Source: an uncultured Clostridium sp.
Lineage (GTDB): Bacteria > Bacillota > Clostridia > TANB77 > CAG-508
Assembly: GCA_946487895.1 (NCBI GenBank)
Contig: CAMLUO010000001.1
Location: 41,540-105,539, forward strand
Length of the DNA stretch: 64,000 nt
Reading direction: 5' to 3'
In this document: piece after piece, positions 40,833-50,343 of the stretch
How the letters are laid out: every line of letters starts with the position of its first letter
How positions within the stretch are numbered: position 1 is the stretch's first letter
Translations under genes and position numbers: made by a program
Notes under the pieces: generated by a model
Database searches by the model: none
Told to the model about the DNA's origin: nothing
The model's input: only the letters and a program-made list of their open reading frames with translations

Positions 40833-40974
40833 ATTAGCACCTCCATTTATTCTCATACTCAAATTATATGTTTGAAAAAAATAAAAGTGCCTGACCTTAC
40901 AAATTTGTTCTAAAATGTTTTTTTCTTCATAGTTTTTACTATATAATATTCAAATTTTAATTAGGTGAGGGGTT

Positions 40975-41784
40975 ATGAAATCTTTTTTTATTGATTCTTT
41001 AAAAGGTATTGCTCTTGGTGCTGGAGCTATTTTACCTGGAATTAGTAGTGGTGTCCTTTGTGTTATTTTTGGAATTTATGAAAAATTGTTAGATAGTATA
41101 TTGTACTTTTTTAAAGATATTAAAAAGAATTTTAGATTTTTATTACCTATTTTTATAGGTATATTTGTTGGTGTGTTGATTTTTAGTAATTTTTTACAAT
41201 ATTTTTTGATTACATTCCCTATCCAAACTAATTCTATTTTTATAGGACTTATTTTAGGAACTATTCCTAGTCTTTTAAATAGTTTAAATATCAACTTAAA
41301 AAAGATAACTAATTTTAAATATTTTTTAGCTTTTTTTATATGTTTTTCTATTGGTGTTGGAAGTGTATTATTGGAAAGCTTACTTTCTACCACAAATATA
41401 GAAAGTATAGAAAATGTAAGTTTTCTATACTTAATGTTATCTGGTTTTCTTATGTCTGTTGGAATTGTTGTTCCTGGAGTTAGTAGTACTATAATTTTGA
41501 TGCTACTTGGTGTGTATTCTATTTATTTAACTGGTATTTCTACACTATCTTTTAATGTGTTAATACCTATGGGAATTGGATTAATTATAGGTTGTTTTGT
41601 TTTTATGAAATTTACTAAATTCCTTTTAGACAGATTTCATAATATAACATTTGCAGGAATAATAGGATTTACACTAGGCTCAATCTTTGTACTCTTCCCA
41701 ACCTTCTCATCTGGTATAGAACTTCTAATTATTCTAACTTGCATTATTTTTGGTTTTATAATTTCATCTGTTTTTGAAAAATAA
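40975..41784 (+). CDS. DUF368 family membrane protein (polyprenyl-phosphate transporter PopT-like)
   Basis: KG.ALGAGAILPGISSG motif, repeated in the second half (VPGVSSTIILMLLG). Confidence 0.8.
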   Translation: MKSFFIDSLKGIALGAGAILPGISSGVLCVIFGIYEKLLDSILYFFKDIKKNFRFLLPIFIGIFVGVLIFSNFLQYFLITFPIQTNSIFIGLILGTIPSLLNSLNINLKKITNFKYFLAFFICFSIGVGSVLLESLLSTTNIESIENVSFLYLMLSGFLMSVGIVVPGVSSTIILMLLGVYSIYLTGISTLSFNVLIPMGIGLIIGCFVFMKFTKFLLDRFHNITFAGIIGFTLGSIFVLFPTFSSGIELLIILTCIIFGFIISSVFEK

Positions 41785-41895
41785 TAACTATTTAAATTGA
41801 TAAAGTTTTCAGTTTTTTTCTATCAAAAAGTCCAGCTTCTTAAAGCTAGACTTTTTGATTTCAGAGATTCATTTTAAATCCCTTTTCCAATTATT

Positions 41896-43188
41896 TTACG
41901 ATTTAAAAAAGACTTTGAAAAAAGCATAATGAACATGATTTTCTCTCTCTTTATAAAATTCCTCGATTTTTTTTGCCTCTGTTTCACTTACGTTACCATC
42001 ATAACCACAATCAAAAACTTCTGTACATTCATTTTTTTCAAATAAATATATTTTGTTGAAGTCTATATTTCTTGTATGATATGTACCGTAGGGTATACAG
42101 TAACTGTTTCCAACTTTCTCTATATAGCCGTACTCTGGTAAAATACTTTCATCAATTTCACCAATTGTCTCATTACATATAGTTGATTCAATTGTTACAG
42201 AATCACCTAACCTTGCTTCAACACTCCGCTTATATTCATTTGGCTTAATTGTCACAATGGTAAAATATTGGCCTGTTTTTGATCTAACTATTGGGAATGT
42301 TTCTTTTCCCTCATAGAAAACACCACTTAGTCCATTCTTGGTGACTTTTTTTATTCTTATTTGTGCCGGAATTTCTTCTTTAGGAAATATAATATAATTA
42401 TATATCCTATTTACTAAAAATTCGTAATCAGTTGGAAGGATTTCACCAACTATTGATTCTAAGTCTTCTTGTATTGAGACAAATAATACTCTTTTTACTA
42501 CTAATTCATTATCAATAGCATATATATCTTCAGTATTCGCATTTGTTATAAACATAATTGGATTATTCTCAAGAAGTATCTTTCTATATTGTTTTAAGAT
42601 CTTAAAAGCTACTTCTTCACATAGTTTTTCTTTTAAAGATTTTCCAACGAAGCTTTCAAAATTTCGCTGTTTATTTCTTAAAGTCTCTTTAAGGTCCTCA
42701 CATTTCCATTTTATGTGTCCCCAATCTTTTTCATATCTTAAATTCATCATAGTAAAAGATGTACTTATCCATCCTGTTTCTGAGGTTATGTTTTGCATGA
42801 TTCTTGCAAATTTTTCATTGCATTCCTCAAAACATTCCTTCAATACTTTATGAGCATCCTTCTTTATTTTGAAAAAACACCTTGGTGCAATTTCAAACCA
42901 CATAAATTCGTCTTCGTACTCGTCCTCGTCTTCATACTCACTTTCAGTTTCACTCTTATTTTCAGCTTCAGAAATGTAATATAACTTTTTGTCTTTCCAT
43001 AAGAATATAACTTGTTTCGGTATTTTGATTTCAATATTTTCCCACATATCTTCAAGTAATGCTTCTACTGTACTTTCCTGATATGTTCTTTGAAAATATG
43101 CTTTAAACATATCATTCATAATCTCTTCTGCATATTTTCCTCCATCAAATTCATGCCGTTTCTTTTCATCAAGATTAATAACATACAT
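41896..43188 (-). CDS. Hypothetical 430-aa protein with an acidic E/D/Y-rich insert
   Basis: Long intact ORF, no recognised motif, ESEYEDEDEYEDEF stretch. Contains two in-frame CGG codons (42226-28 and 43156-58). Confidence 0.5.
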   Translation of the reverse strand: MYVINLDEKKRHEFDGGKYAEEIMNDMFKAYFQRTYQESTVEALLEDMWENIEIKIPKQVIFLWKDKKLYYISEAENKSETESEYEDEDEYEDEFMWFEIAPRCFFKIKKDAHKVLKECFEECNEKFARIMQNITSETGWISTSFTMMNLRYEKDWGHIKWKCEDLKETLRNKQRNFESFVGKSLKEKLCEEVAFKILKQYRKILLENNPIMFITNANTEDIYAIDNELVVKRVLFVSIQEDLESIVGEILPTDYEFLVNRIYNYIIFPKEEIPAQIRIKKVTKNGLSGVFYEGKETFPIVRSKTGQYFTIVTIKPNEYKRSVEARLGDSVTIESTICNETIGEIDESILPEYGYIEKVGNSYCIPYGTYHTRNIDFNKIYLFEKNECTEVFDCGYDGNVSETEAKKIEEFYKERENHVHYAFFKVFFKS

Positions 43189-43368
43189 AGCTAATCCTCC
43201 TTAGATGCTTTTTACTTTGCTAACCTTCTCAATACAAAAACTTTATAACTTTATGCTTTTTTCTATCTCCTTTCTAAATATTTTATTGGATATTGTTACA
43301 ATAATAAAAATGTAACATTTTACAAATATACGTGTATATTATATCGTCTTTCACTAATTATGTCAAGT

Positions 43369-44598
43369 TTATTTTTTTCTTCTCAAAATCCAATCTTTTT
43401 CACACTTAATAGGTAACTTCATCTTCACCAATTGCCCTTTAACACCAGGACTTATTTCTGTTATCGCCTCATCAGTTTCATCATTCCACAACTTTTCTAT
43501 AGTAAATACATAAGGCTCAATCTTATTTGGAATCAAAATTTCTAAAGTATCTCCTACCATCAATTTATTCTTAATTTCAATTACTGATTTTTCTTCTTGG
43601 TATTCTACAACTTTTCCACCAAACTCATAATTTTCATTATACTGTCTTCCGCCATATTCTTGAATATCCTTATTATTTCTATCATTAAAATAAAAAGTAG
43701 TAAGTCCTCTTGTTTTAACTTTATCTAATTCATTTAAATATTTAGTATAATCATAATTCTCAGGATTTTTTTGATAATCATCAATTGCATTTCTATATGC
43801 ATTTATAACACTTGCTAGATAATACTCTGTTTTTAACCTTCCTTCAATTTTAACACTATCTATTCCCATATCAATAATTTCTGGAATTTCTTTTATTAAG
43901 CATAAGTCTTTTGATGAAAAAATACTTGTTCCGTATTCACTTGTTTCTATTGGCATTAATTCTCCTGGATTATTTTTTTCTTCTGCATACAAGTTATATG
44001 ACCATCTGCAACTTTGAGCGCAATCACCTAAGTTTGCACTTCTACATGTTAAAAAATCGCTTAAAAAACATCTTCCAGAAAACGCAAAACATATTGCTCC
44101 ATGTGCAAATATTTCTACTTCTAAATCTTTTGGTTTATTTTCCATTATGTATTTTAACTGTTCTTTATTTATTTCTCTTGCCATTATTACTCTTTTTGCT
44201 CCATATTTGTACCAGAATTTACAATCTTGCAAACTGATAATATTTGCTTGTGTACTTACATTAATTGGCACACTTGGTGCATATTGTTTCAAGGTTTCTA
44301 TTACTCCTACATCTGATGCAATTATTCCATCTGGTTTTAATGTTTCTAATTCTTTTGCCATTTCAATTATTTCTTCATATTTTTCATCCCATGCAAATAT
44401 ATTTAGTGTTACATATACTTTTTTTCCTATCTCATGCGCATATTTTATTGTTTTCTTTAAATCTTCATCTTCCATATCTGCTCTTGCTCTTAATGATAAT
44501 GATGATGTTCCGCAATATACTGCATCTGCTCCATATAAAAATGCGATTTTTGCTTTTTCAAATGACCCTGCTGGGGCTAATAATTCTATTTCTTTCAT
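43369..44598 (-). CDS. Peptidase U32 family protein
   Basis: ELLAPAG....A.I..GADAVY.G, E.F.HGA.C...SGRC.LS. Confidence 0.85.
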   Translation of the reverse strand: MKEIELLAPAGSFEKAKIAFLYGADAVYCGTSSLSLRARADMEDEDLKKTIKYAHEIGKKVYVTLNIFAWDEKYEEIIEMAKELETLKPDGIIASDVGVIETLKQYAPSVPINVSTQANIISLQDCKFWYKYGAKRVIMAREINKEQLKYIMENKPKDLEVEIFAHGAICFAFSGRCFLSDFLTCRSANLGDCAQSCRWSYNLYAEEKNNPGELMPIETSEYGTSIFSSKDLCLIKEIPEIIDMGIDSVKIEGRLKTEYYLASVINAYRNAIDDYQKNPENYDYTKYLNELDKVKTRGLTTFYFNDRNNKDIQEYGGRQYNENYEFGGKVVEYQEEKSVIEIKNKLMVGDTLEILIPNKIEPYVFTIEKLWNDETDEAITEISPGVKGQLVKMKLPIKCEKDWILRRKK

Positions 44599-44750
44599 TT
44601 ATTTGACCTCTTTCTTTTTTAGTTAAACACTATTATTATACATTTTTTATCAACTTTTTTCAACATTTTTGTTTATTTATGTTTAATACTATGATATAAT
44701 TGGTCTTAAACAATTATAAACAAATTACATAAATACATTGAGGTGATTTA

Positions 44751-46679
44751 ATGGCTTATTTACTTAAGACCCCTTATGATTTTAAAAAAGATTTAGATAA
44801 TTATTTAACTGAAAACCCTTTAGATTTAAGTTATGAGAAAACTCTTTTGGATAACTTTTCTTCTGATAATTTATCTGATTTATATAAATTATTTTTAGAC
44901 TTAAAAGATTCTAAGTTGAATAAAAAATTATATAATGAATTAAAAAATATTTTAAGCAATACTTTTTCTATTAATCCTAATCAAATATTCACATTAGATG
45001 ATGATGAAAATGATATTGTATGTATATCTAAAGATATTCATATTCCTTTATTGTTGGAAATTATAAAAAATAAATATTTAGATTACATCAAGACTTCTTC
45101 AACTATTGATAGTGAAGAATTGTTTAAGCTTTCTTTAATTGTAAATAAGAATTTTCCTGAACTTTTCTTACAATTAATAGAATCACCAAATCAAGATATA
45201 GGTCAAGCACAAAATTTTGTTAAAGAAAAAATTTTAGAAACAATAGATGAATGGCATTCTAACACTTCTAAAGATGCTGATGAAGAAAATAGAGATATTG
45301 CTGGTGCATTTTATATAACTGCTAGAAAGCTTTATCCAGATTTAAGTATTTATATTCCTGGTAGAGTTAAATCTATGAAAAGTTCTCTTTCTAATATAGA
45401 AAAAGAAACTAAAGATAGTCTTTTATCTTTACATCCATCTAACTATGAAATTGGCTTGACAAATGAAGATATCGAACAACAATTTAATTTAAATAATGCT
45501 ACAACTGACTTTTCTGCTTTAACTATTGTTCTTACAAATACTGATGATACATTGCATTTTGATAAGAGTGACCCTGAAAGTTTAGAAATATTAAAACTCA
45601 GAAAAATTAGACAAGATAATATAAATTTTACACATAGTTTGGAAAATTTTTTATCTGAAAACGAAACTAATGAGACTACTAATTTATCAAGGATTCAATT
45701 GCTACAAATAAAAATAGAATTATTACAAATATTAAGAGAAGCTTCTTATGAAGAATGTACACAAGAATATCATGGAACTTCTTTTAGTGAACTTTTAAAG
45801 AAAAACATTGAAAAATATAACCAAGAATTTGAAAATCCTAATGATGAAAATCTTAATATTGACGATTTAAAATATATAAGAGAAATGGATGAAATTTATG
45901 AGTTATTAGATGAATTAAAGAAACGTGTTCATGACAAATATCAAGCTAAATTGTTAGAAATAGCTATACCTGAAATTTTAGAGGACAAAATATTTTCAAA
46001 AGAATTAAAAGTCAAATCATATTTTGTAAAAAAAGTTAGAAAGAAAAATGGTTTTTGCAGTGATTATTATTGTATAGAAACTTCAGATGGAAGAAAAATT
46101 GAATTGCAAGCTCAATCTAAAAAGCGTTTTGACGATTCTAAAAATGGACCTTCTGACCATAGTTTACTTCCTAACAAAGAAATTGATATTTCACGTTTTT
46201 TTGAACCTGTAAATTCAAACTTTGGTGAAGGAAATTTTGAGTATTTTTTGGATTTTTTAAATAATATGCCAATCGCAACAAAAAATTATTTACTTAACAC
46301 TCCTGATACTGATTTATCATCATTTGATAAACGTACAAAAAGAAAGCTAAAAATTGCAATTGAAAATGTAAAATTAAAAGATAATATAAATATTACTCTT
46401 CCTATTTTTGCTGAATATGTTTCTCCGAAACTAATGACAGTTAGTTCTCACCATACCAGAGTTAATACAAGTGTTGCAGGTTATAATAAAAAATCTTTAG
46501 TTTCTGGATTTACTGAAGTATTACTAAAACATGATTCCACAACTTGTCTTTCTCAAATGTTAATTGATAAATTAGAAACTCTTGTACCTAGTGACAAAAA
46601 TCAAGTTTCAAAAAATGGTATAGGAAAACGTGCTAAAGCTCGTTTTGATAAAAAATCTAATTCTATCGATGAACGTTAA
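44751..46679 (+). CDS. Large hypothetical protein with divergent RelA/SpoT-type nucleotidyltransferase motifs
   Basis: PGRVKSMKSSLSNIEK (compare sRvKs..Si.eK), TDFSALTIVL (compare D..G.RIV), KKNGFCSDYYCIETSDGRKIELQAQS....DHSLLPNK (compare nGY.S.H...EIQIRT...H..YK). About 170 aa of coiled-coil-like insert lie between the motif blocks. Confidence 0.5.
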   Translation: MAYLLKTPYDFKKDLDNYLTENPLDLSYEKTLLDNFSSDNLSDLYKLFLDLKDSKLNKKLYNELKNILSNTFSINPNQIFTLDDDENDIVCISKDIHIPLLLEIIKNKYLDYIKTSSTIDSEELFKLSLIVNKNFPELFLQLIESPNQDIGQAQNFVKEKILETIDEWHSNTSKDADEENRDIAGAFYITARKLYPDLSIYIPGRVKSMKSSLSNIEKETKDSLLSLHPSNYEIGLTNEDIEQQFNLNNATTDFSALTIVLTNTDDTLHFDKSDPESLEILKLRKIRQDNINFTHSLENFLSENETNETTNLSRIQLLQIKIELLQILREASYEECTQEYHGTSFSELLKKNIEKYNQEFENPNDENLNIDDLKYIREMDEIYELLDELKKRVHDKYQAKLLEIAIPEILEDKIFSKELKVKSYFVKKVRKKNGFCSDYYCIETSDGRKIELQAQSKKRFDDSKNGPSDHSLLPNKEIDISRFFEPVNSNFGEGNFEYFLDFLNNMPIATKNYLLNTPDTDLSSFDKRTKRKLKIAIENVKLKDNINITLPIFAEYVSPKLMTVSSHHTRVNTSVAGYNKKSLVSGFTEVLLKHDSTTCLSQMLIDKLETLVPSDKNQVSKNGIGKRAKARFDKKSNSIDER

Positions 46680-46734
46680 TATACTCTTTTTCATATTTAT
46701 ATATTAATTTTTATTATAAATTTGGAGGTATCTT

Positions 46735-47728
46735 ATGAAAACAAATTATAAAATAGCAATTGTTGGCGCCACACGGTTTAGTTGGAAGAACCTCATTAAA
46801 AGTATTAGAAGAAAAAAACTTTCCACATGTTAGTTACACACTTTTTTGTTCTTCAAAATCTGCCAACTCAAAAATAACTTTTTTAAACACGACATATATT
46901 GTGCAAGAATTAACTGAAAAATCTTTTGATACACATTTTGATTATGCAATTTTTTGTGCAGGTGGCTCTACTTCTAAAAAATATGCTCCTATTGCAGCAA
47001 AACAAGGATGTATTGTTATTGATAATAGTAGTGTATTTCGTATGAATAAAGATGTACCATTAGTTGTACCTGAAGTAAATCCAGAAGATATAAATAAAAA
47101 TCATGGTATTATTGCAAATCCAAATTGTTCTACTATTCAAGCTGTTTTGCCTTTAAAAGCTATTGATGATAAATATGGAATTAAAAGAATTGTTTATTCT
47201 ACATATCAAGCTACTTCTGGTGCAGGTAGGTCTGGAATTGAAGATTTAAAAAATAAAGCTGAAGGTGATAAACTTCAAAAATTTCCATATTCAATTTATA
47301 ATAATTGTATTCCTCATATTGATGTTTTTATGGAAGATGGCTATACAAAGGAAGAGCATAAAATGATTGATGAAACTAGAAAAATCTTGCACAAACCTAA
47401 CTTACCTATTACTGCAACGACTGTTAGAGTTCCTATCGTAAATTGTCATGGTGAATCAATTAATGTGGAGCTAGAAAGTGATTTCGATATTTATGATGTT
47501 AAAATCTTGTTAGAAAACTATCCCGGAATTATTGTTGTAGATAATCCAGAGAAAAACCATTATCCACTAGCTAGTCGTGCAGATGGTCATGATGAAGTCT
47601 TTGTTGGTCGAATTCGTCGTGATTATAGTGTCCAAAATGGTTTAAATATGTGGGTTGTAGCTGATAATTTAAGAAAAGGTGCTGCTTCGAATGCTATTCA
47701 AATTTTAGAGAAGCTTTTATATTCTTAA
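46735..47728 (+). pseudogene. asd: Aspartate-semialdehyde dehydrogenase, with its N-terminal 13 codons out of frame
   Basis: ATG at 46735 (GGAGGT RBS) gives MKTNYKIAIVGAT, then ACA C GGT TTA. Deleting C46774 gives the Rossmann motif VGATGLVGRT. The rest matches Asd (NPNCSTI, SGAG). Confidence 0.88.
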
Positions 47729-47819
47729 GTTTTCATTAAATCTGCCTTATGTAATTGAACTAGCATTGCTAATATGTTATAATAGAAAAGAAGTACATAA
47801 GATATAAAGAGGTATCTAA

Positions 47820-48356
47820 ATGAAACAAATAGTCAAAGAAATTATTGACAAGGATGTCGAATTTCAAAATATTATAAAAGAACTGGTTGAGAACAAAACT
47901 GTTCAAAAAATGAAGAATTTTAAACAGCATTATGAAACAACTTGTTTTGACCATTGCTACACTGTCTCTTATTATTGCTATTTAATTTGTAAAAAATATA
48001 ATTTGGATTATATATCAACTGCAAGAGCTGGTATGCTTCATGATTTATTTTTATATGATTGGAGAAAAAAACAACCTGACCGCAAAGGTTTACATGCATT
48101 TACTCATGGAAGAACTGCTTGTAAAAATGCTTCAGAACTATTTGATTTAAATGAAAAAGAAAAAGATATGATTATTAAACATATGTGGCCAGTAACTACT
48201 CAACTACCAAGTTCGCTTGAAGGTTTAATTTTAACTTTTGTTGATAAATATTGTGCTATGTCTGAAAGTTTTGATATATTAAAAACAAGGCTTCTTTTGA
48301 GAAAACCTTTACGTTATTTATATAGTTTTTTAAGTATGGTATCAATTCATTTGTAA
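47820..48356 (+). CDS. HD domain phosphohydrolase
   Basis: H...V ... GMLHDLF and HMWP motifs. 178 aa. Confidence 0.65.
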   Translation: MKQIVKEIIDKDVEFQNIIKELVENKTVQKMKNFKQHYETTCFDHCYTVSYYCYLICKKYNLDYISTARAGMLHDLFLYDWRKKQPDRKGLHAFTHGRTACKNASELFDLNEKEKDMIIKHMWPVTTQLPSSLEGLILTFVDKYCAMSESFDILKTRLLLRKPLRYLYSFLSMVSIHL

Positions 48357-48407
48357 AAATTTTTTTGTAAAAAATAAAAGTCTGAATAACTAATTCAGGC
48401 TTTTTGC

Positions 48408-48749
48408 TTACATTTTATCTTCTGACCATCTCATCATTCTTATATCTTTATATTTCGATAGAACTTCCTTATATTTATCATATTCTTCTTCCCATAATCC
48501 ATCTGGAACTTTATCAAATGCTTTAAATATTTTTTCCGCTTCTGCAAGATAAATTAATTGTTCTTGTGGAGACATTCTTTCATATTGTTTTGCAAAATTG
48601 TATAATTTGTCTAACATTTGGTTTGCTTCTATAAATCCCCAAAAATCCTTTACTTTCATTCCAAATAATTTTATTTGTAATACTGCATAGACTACTAATG
48701 CAAATATAATAAATACTAGTATATATATTATTGCCCATATACCATTCAT
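48408..48749 (-). CDS. Small hypothetical membrane-anchored protein
   Basis: N-terminal TM helix (WAIIYILVFIIFALVVYAVL). No family recognised. Confidence 0.4.
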   Translation of the reverse strand: MNGIWAIIYILVFIIFALVVYAVLQIKLFGMKVKDFWGFIEANQMLDKLYNFAKQYERMSPQEQLIYLAEAEKIFKAFDKVPDGLWEEEYDKYKEVLSKYKDIRMMRWSEDKM

Positions 48750-48851
48750 TTTTTCACCTCTTTAGTTTGTAGCTCTATATTTTATCATTTCAATAATATC
48801 TTTATTTTATATTTTTGTCAATAGAATAATTATCTTTATAATTATTTCTGT

Positions 48852-50219
48852 TTATGCACGCCTTGTATCTTCACCAGGTACTCTTTCTTTTTCAGCTTGA
48901 TTTTCTAAGTCTTTTGCTATATCATCCAAACTATTTTCTATTTCTTCTTTACTTAAATATTCCTTATTCTTGACTTTCTCTTTCAATTTATTTTCTATAT
49001 CATTTTGATTATATGTGTCTCTAAGATCTGGATTCTTATCTAAAATTTCTCTAGCACATACTTTTATATATGCATCCTCCATAGCCATTACATGCTCTGA
49101 TTTTGTTGAAGGATCCCCATCTATATCTTTTTCTGTCACCTTATTACAATCTTTGTGTTCTTTTTCATGAGCTTTTATTTCTTCTAGATTTTCTTCTACT
49201 GTGTCTTCTCCATTTCTTTCATATTCTCCAATTACACTTCTTTGTGAAGTATCTGGTACAAAAATTGTATTACTATCTCTTACTTGGACTCCCATTGTCT
49301 CAGTAGAATCTCTTGCTTCTTCTCCTATGTTTATTTCAACTCTTCCCATTTCTTTGTTATCTAGTTGTATTATTTTATCTCCAATTTCATATTCACTCAA
49401 AATGCTATCTTTTTCTACTGTTCCATCATCTCTAACTTGATATTTTTCTGGTATTGGATTGTCACCTGATGCTGACCTTTGTTGTAATTCTGGTATGTAT
49501 TTTTGCAATGGTTCAACTTTTCCGTCTTTGCTTATTGCAACTAAAGAATATCTTGTTGAGTTTCTATCATAACTTTTGCCATTTTCATCTTTCATTTTGT
49601 TCATCTGTTCAGAATAAATAACTCCAACTTTTGTAATATCTTTTGGGATTTTTCCTCCTAGCCATTTGCGAATATCATGCATATCATTTGCTCTTTCACT
49701 TAGTTCCATTTCTTGTAATATATTTGTATTTTTTGTTGTATTTTCATTTTCTTGCTTATTCTCTAAATTAGAACTGGCTTTATTTTGTTTTTTCTCTTGC
49801 TCTTCTTTCACATCATCTCTGTCACCTAGTTCTAAAATTCTTACATCTCTAATATGACTTCTTTCTATTCCTATTTCATCTATATATTTATCAATTTCTC
49901 TTGTTTCTTTTGCTGCACCTTCAATGTCTTCTCTATCTAATTCATCTATTTGGTCTTTAATTTGTGCACTTAATTCATTTTCTAATGTGTTTTGTTTCTC
50001 TGCTTTTTCTTGCTCCATTACACCTAATTTTTGAAGTGCTGCTATTATGTATGAATCTTCTCTCATGATAATATTTCCATATTTCATTATATTTGTATTT
50101 AGCTCACCTATCTGAACATTACCAATATAATATTCATACTCAAATTTATTTTGTTGATTTTTAACTACTGTTACTTCAATGTTTTTTCCATTTAAATTAA
50201 TTTTCATTTTTAATCTCAT
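48852..50219 (-). CDS. Hypothetical acidic 455-aa protein
   Basis: Long intact ORF, Glu/Asp/Lys-rich, with no recognised motif. Confidence 0.45.
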   Translation of the reverse strand: MRLKMKINLNGKNIEVTVVKNQQNKFEYEYYIGNVQIGELNTNIMKYGNIIMREDSYIIAALQKLGVMEQEKAEKQNTLENELSAQIKDQIDELDREDIEGAAKETREIDKYIDEIGIERSHIRDVRILELGDRDDVKEEQEKKQNKASSNLENKQENENTTKNTNILQEMELSERANDMHDIRKWLGGKIPKDITKVGVIYSEQMNKMKDENGKSYDRNSTRYSLVAISKDGKVEPLQKYIPELQQRSASGDNPIPEKYQVRDDGTVEKDSILSEYEIGDKIIQLDNKEMGRVEINIGEEARDSTETMGVQVRDSNTIFVPDTSQRSVIGEYERNGEDTVEENLEEIKAHEKEHKDCNKVTEKDIDGDPSTKSEHVMAMEDAYIKVCAREILDKNPDLRDTYNQNDIENKLKEKVKNKEYLSKEEIENSLDDIAKDLENQAEKERVPGEDTRRA

Positions 50220-50288
50220 TCCTTTCTAAGGCTCAAATCTGGTATTGAAACAAAAGGGAGATACCCTATAAATTTTAATAAAAAAAGA

Positions 50289-50343
50289 TGTGTCCCCATT
50301 TGGACATTTTTGTCCATTAGGAAACGTCCCCAAATGGACATGC
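50289..50343. repeat. GGGGACGTTTC / TGGACATTTTTGTCCA repeat (family 2, inverted)
   Basis: GTGTCCCCATTTGGACATTTTTGTCCATTAGGAAACGTCCCCAAATGGACATGC. It encodes the last rimO codons (CPFGDVS-stop). Confidence 0.7.
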
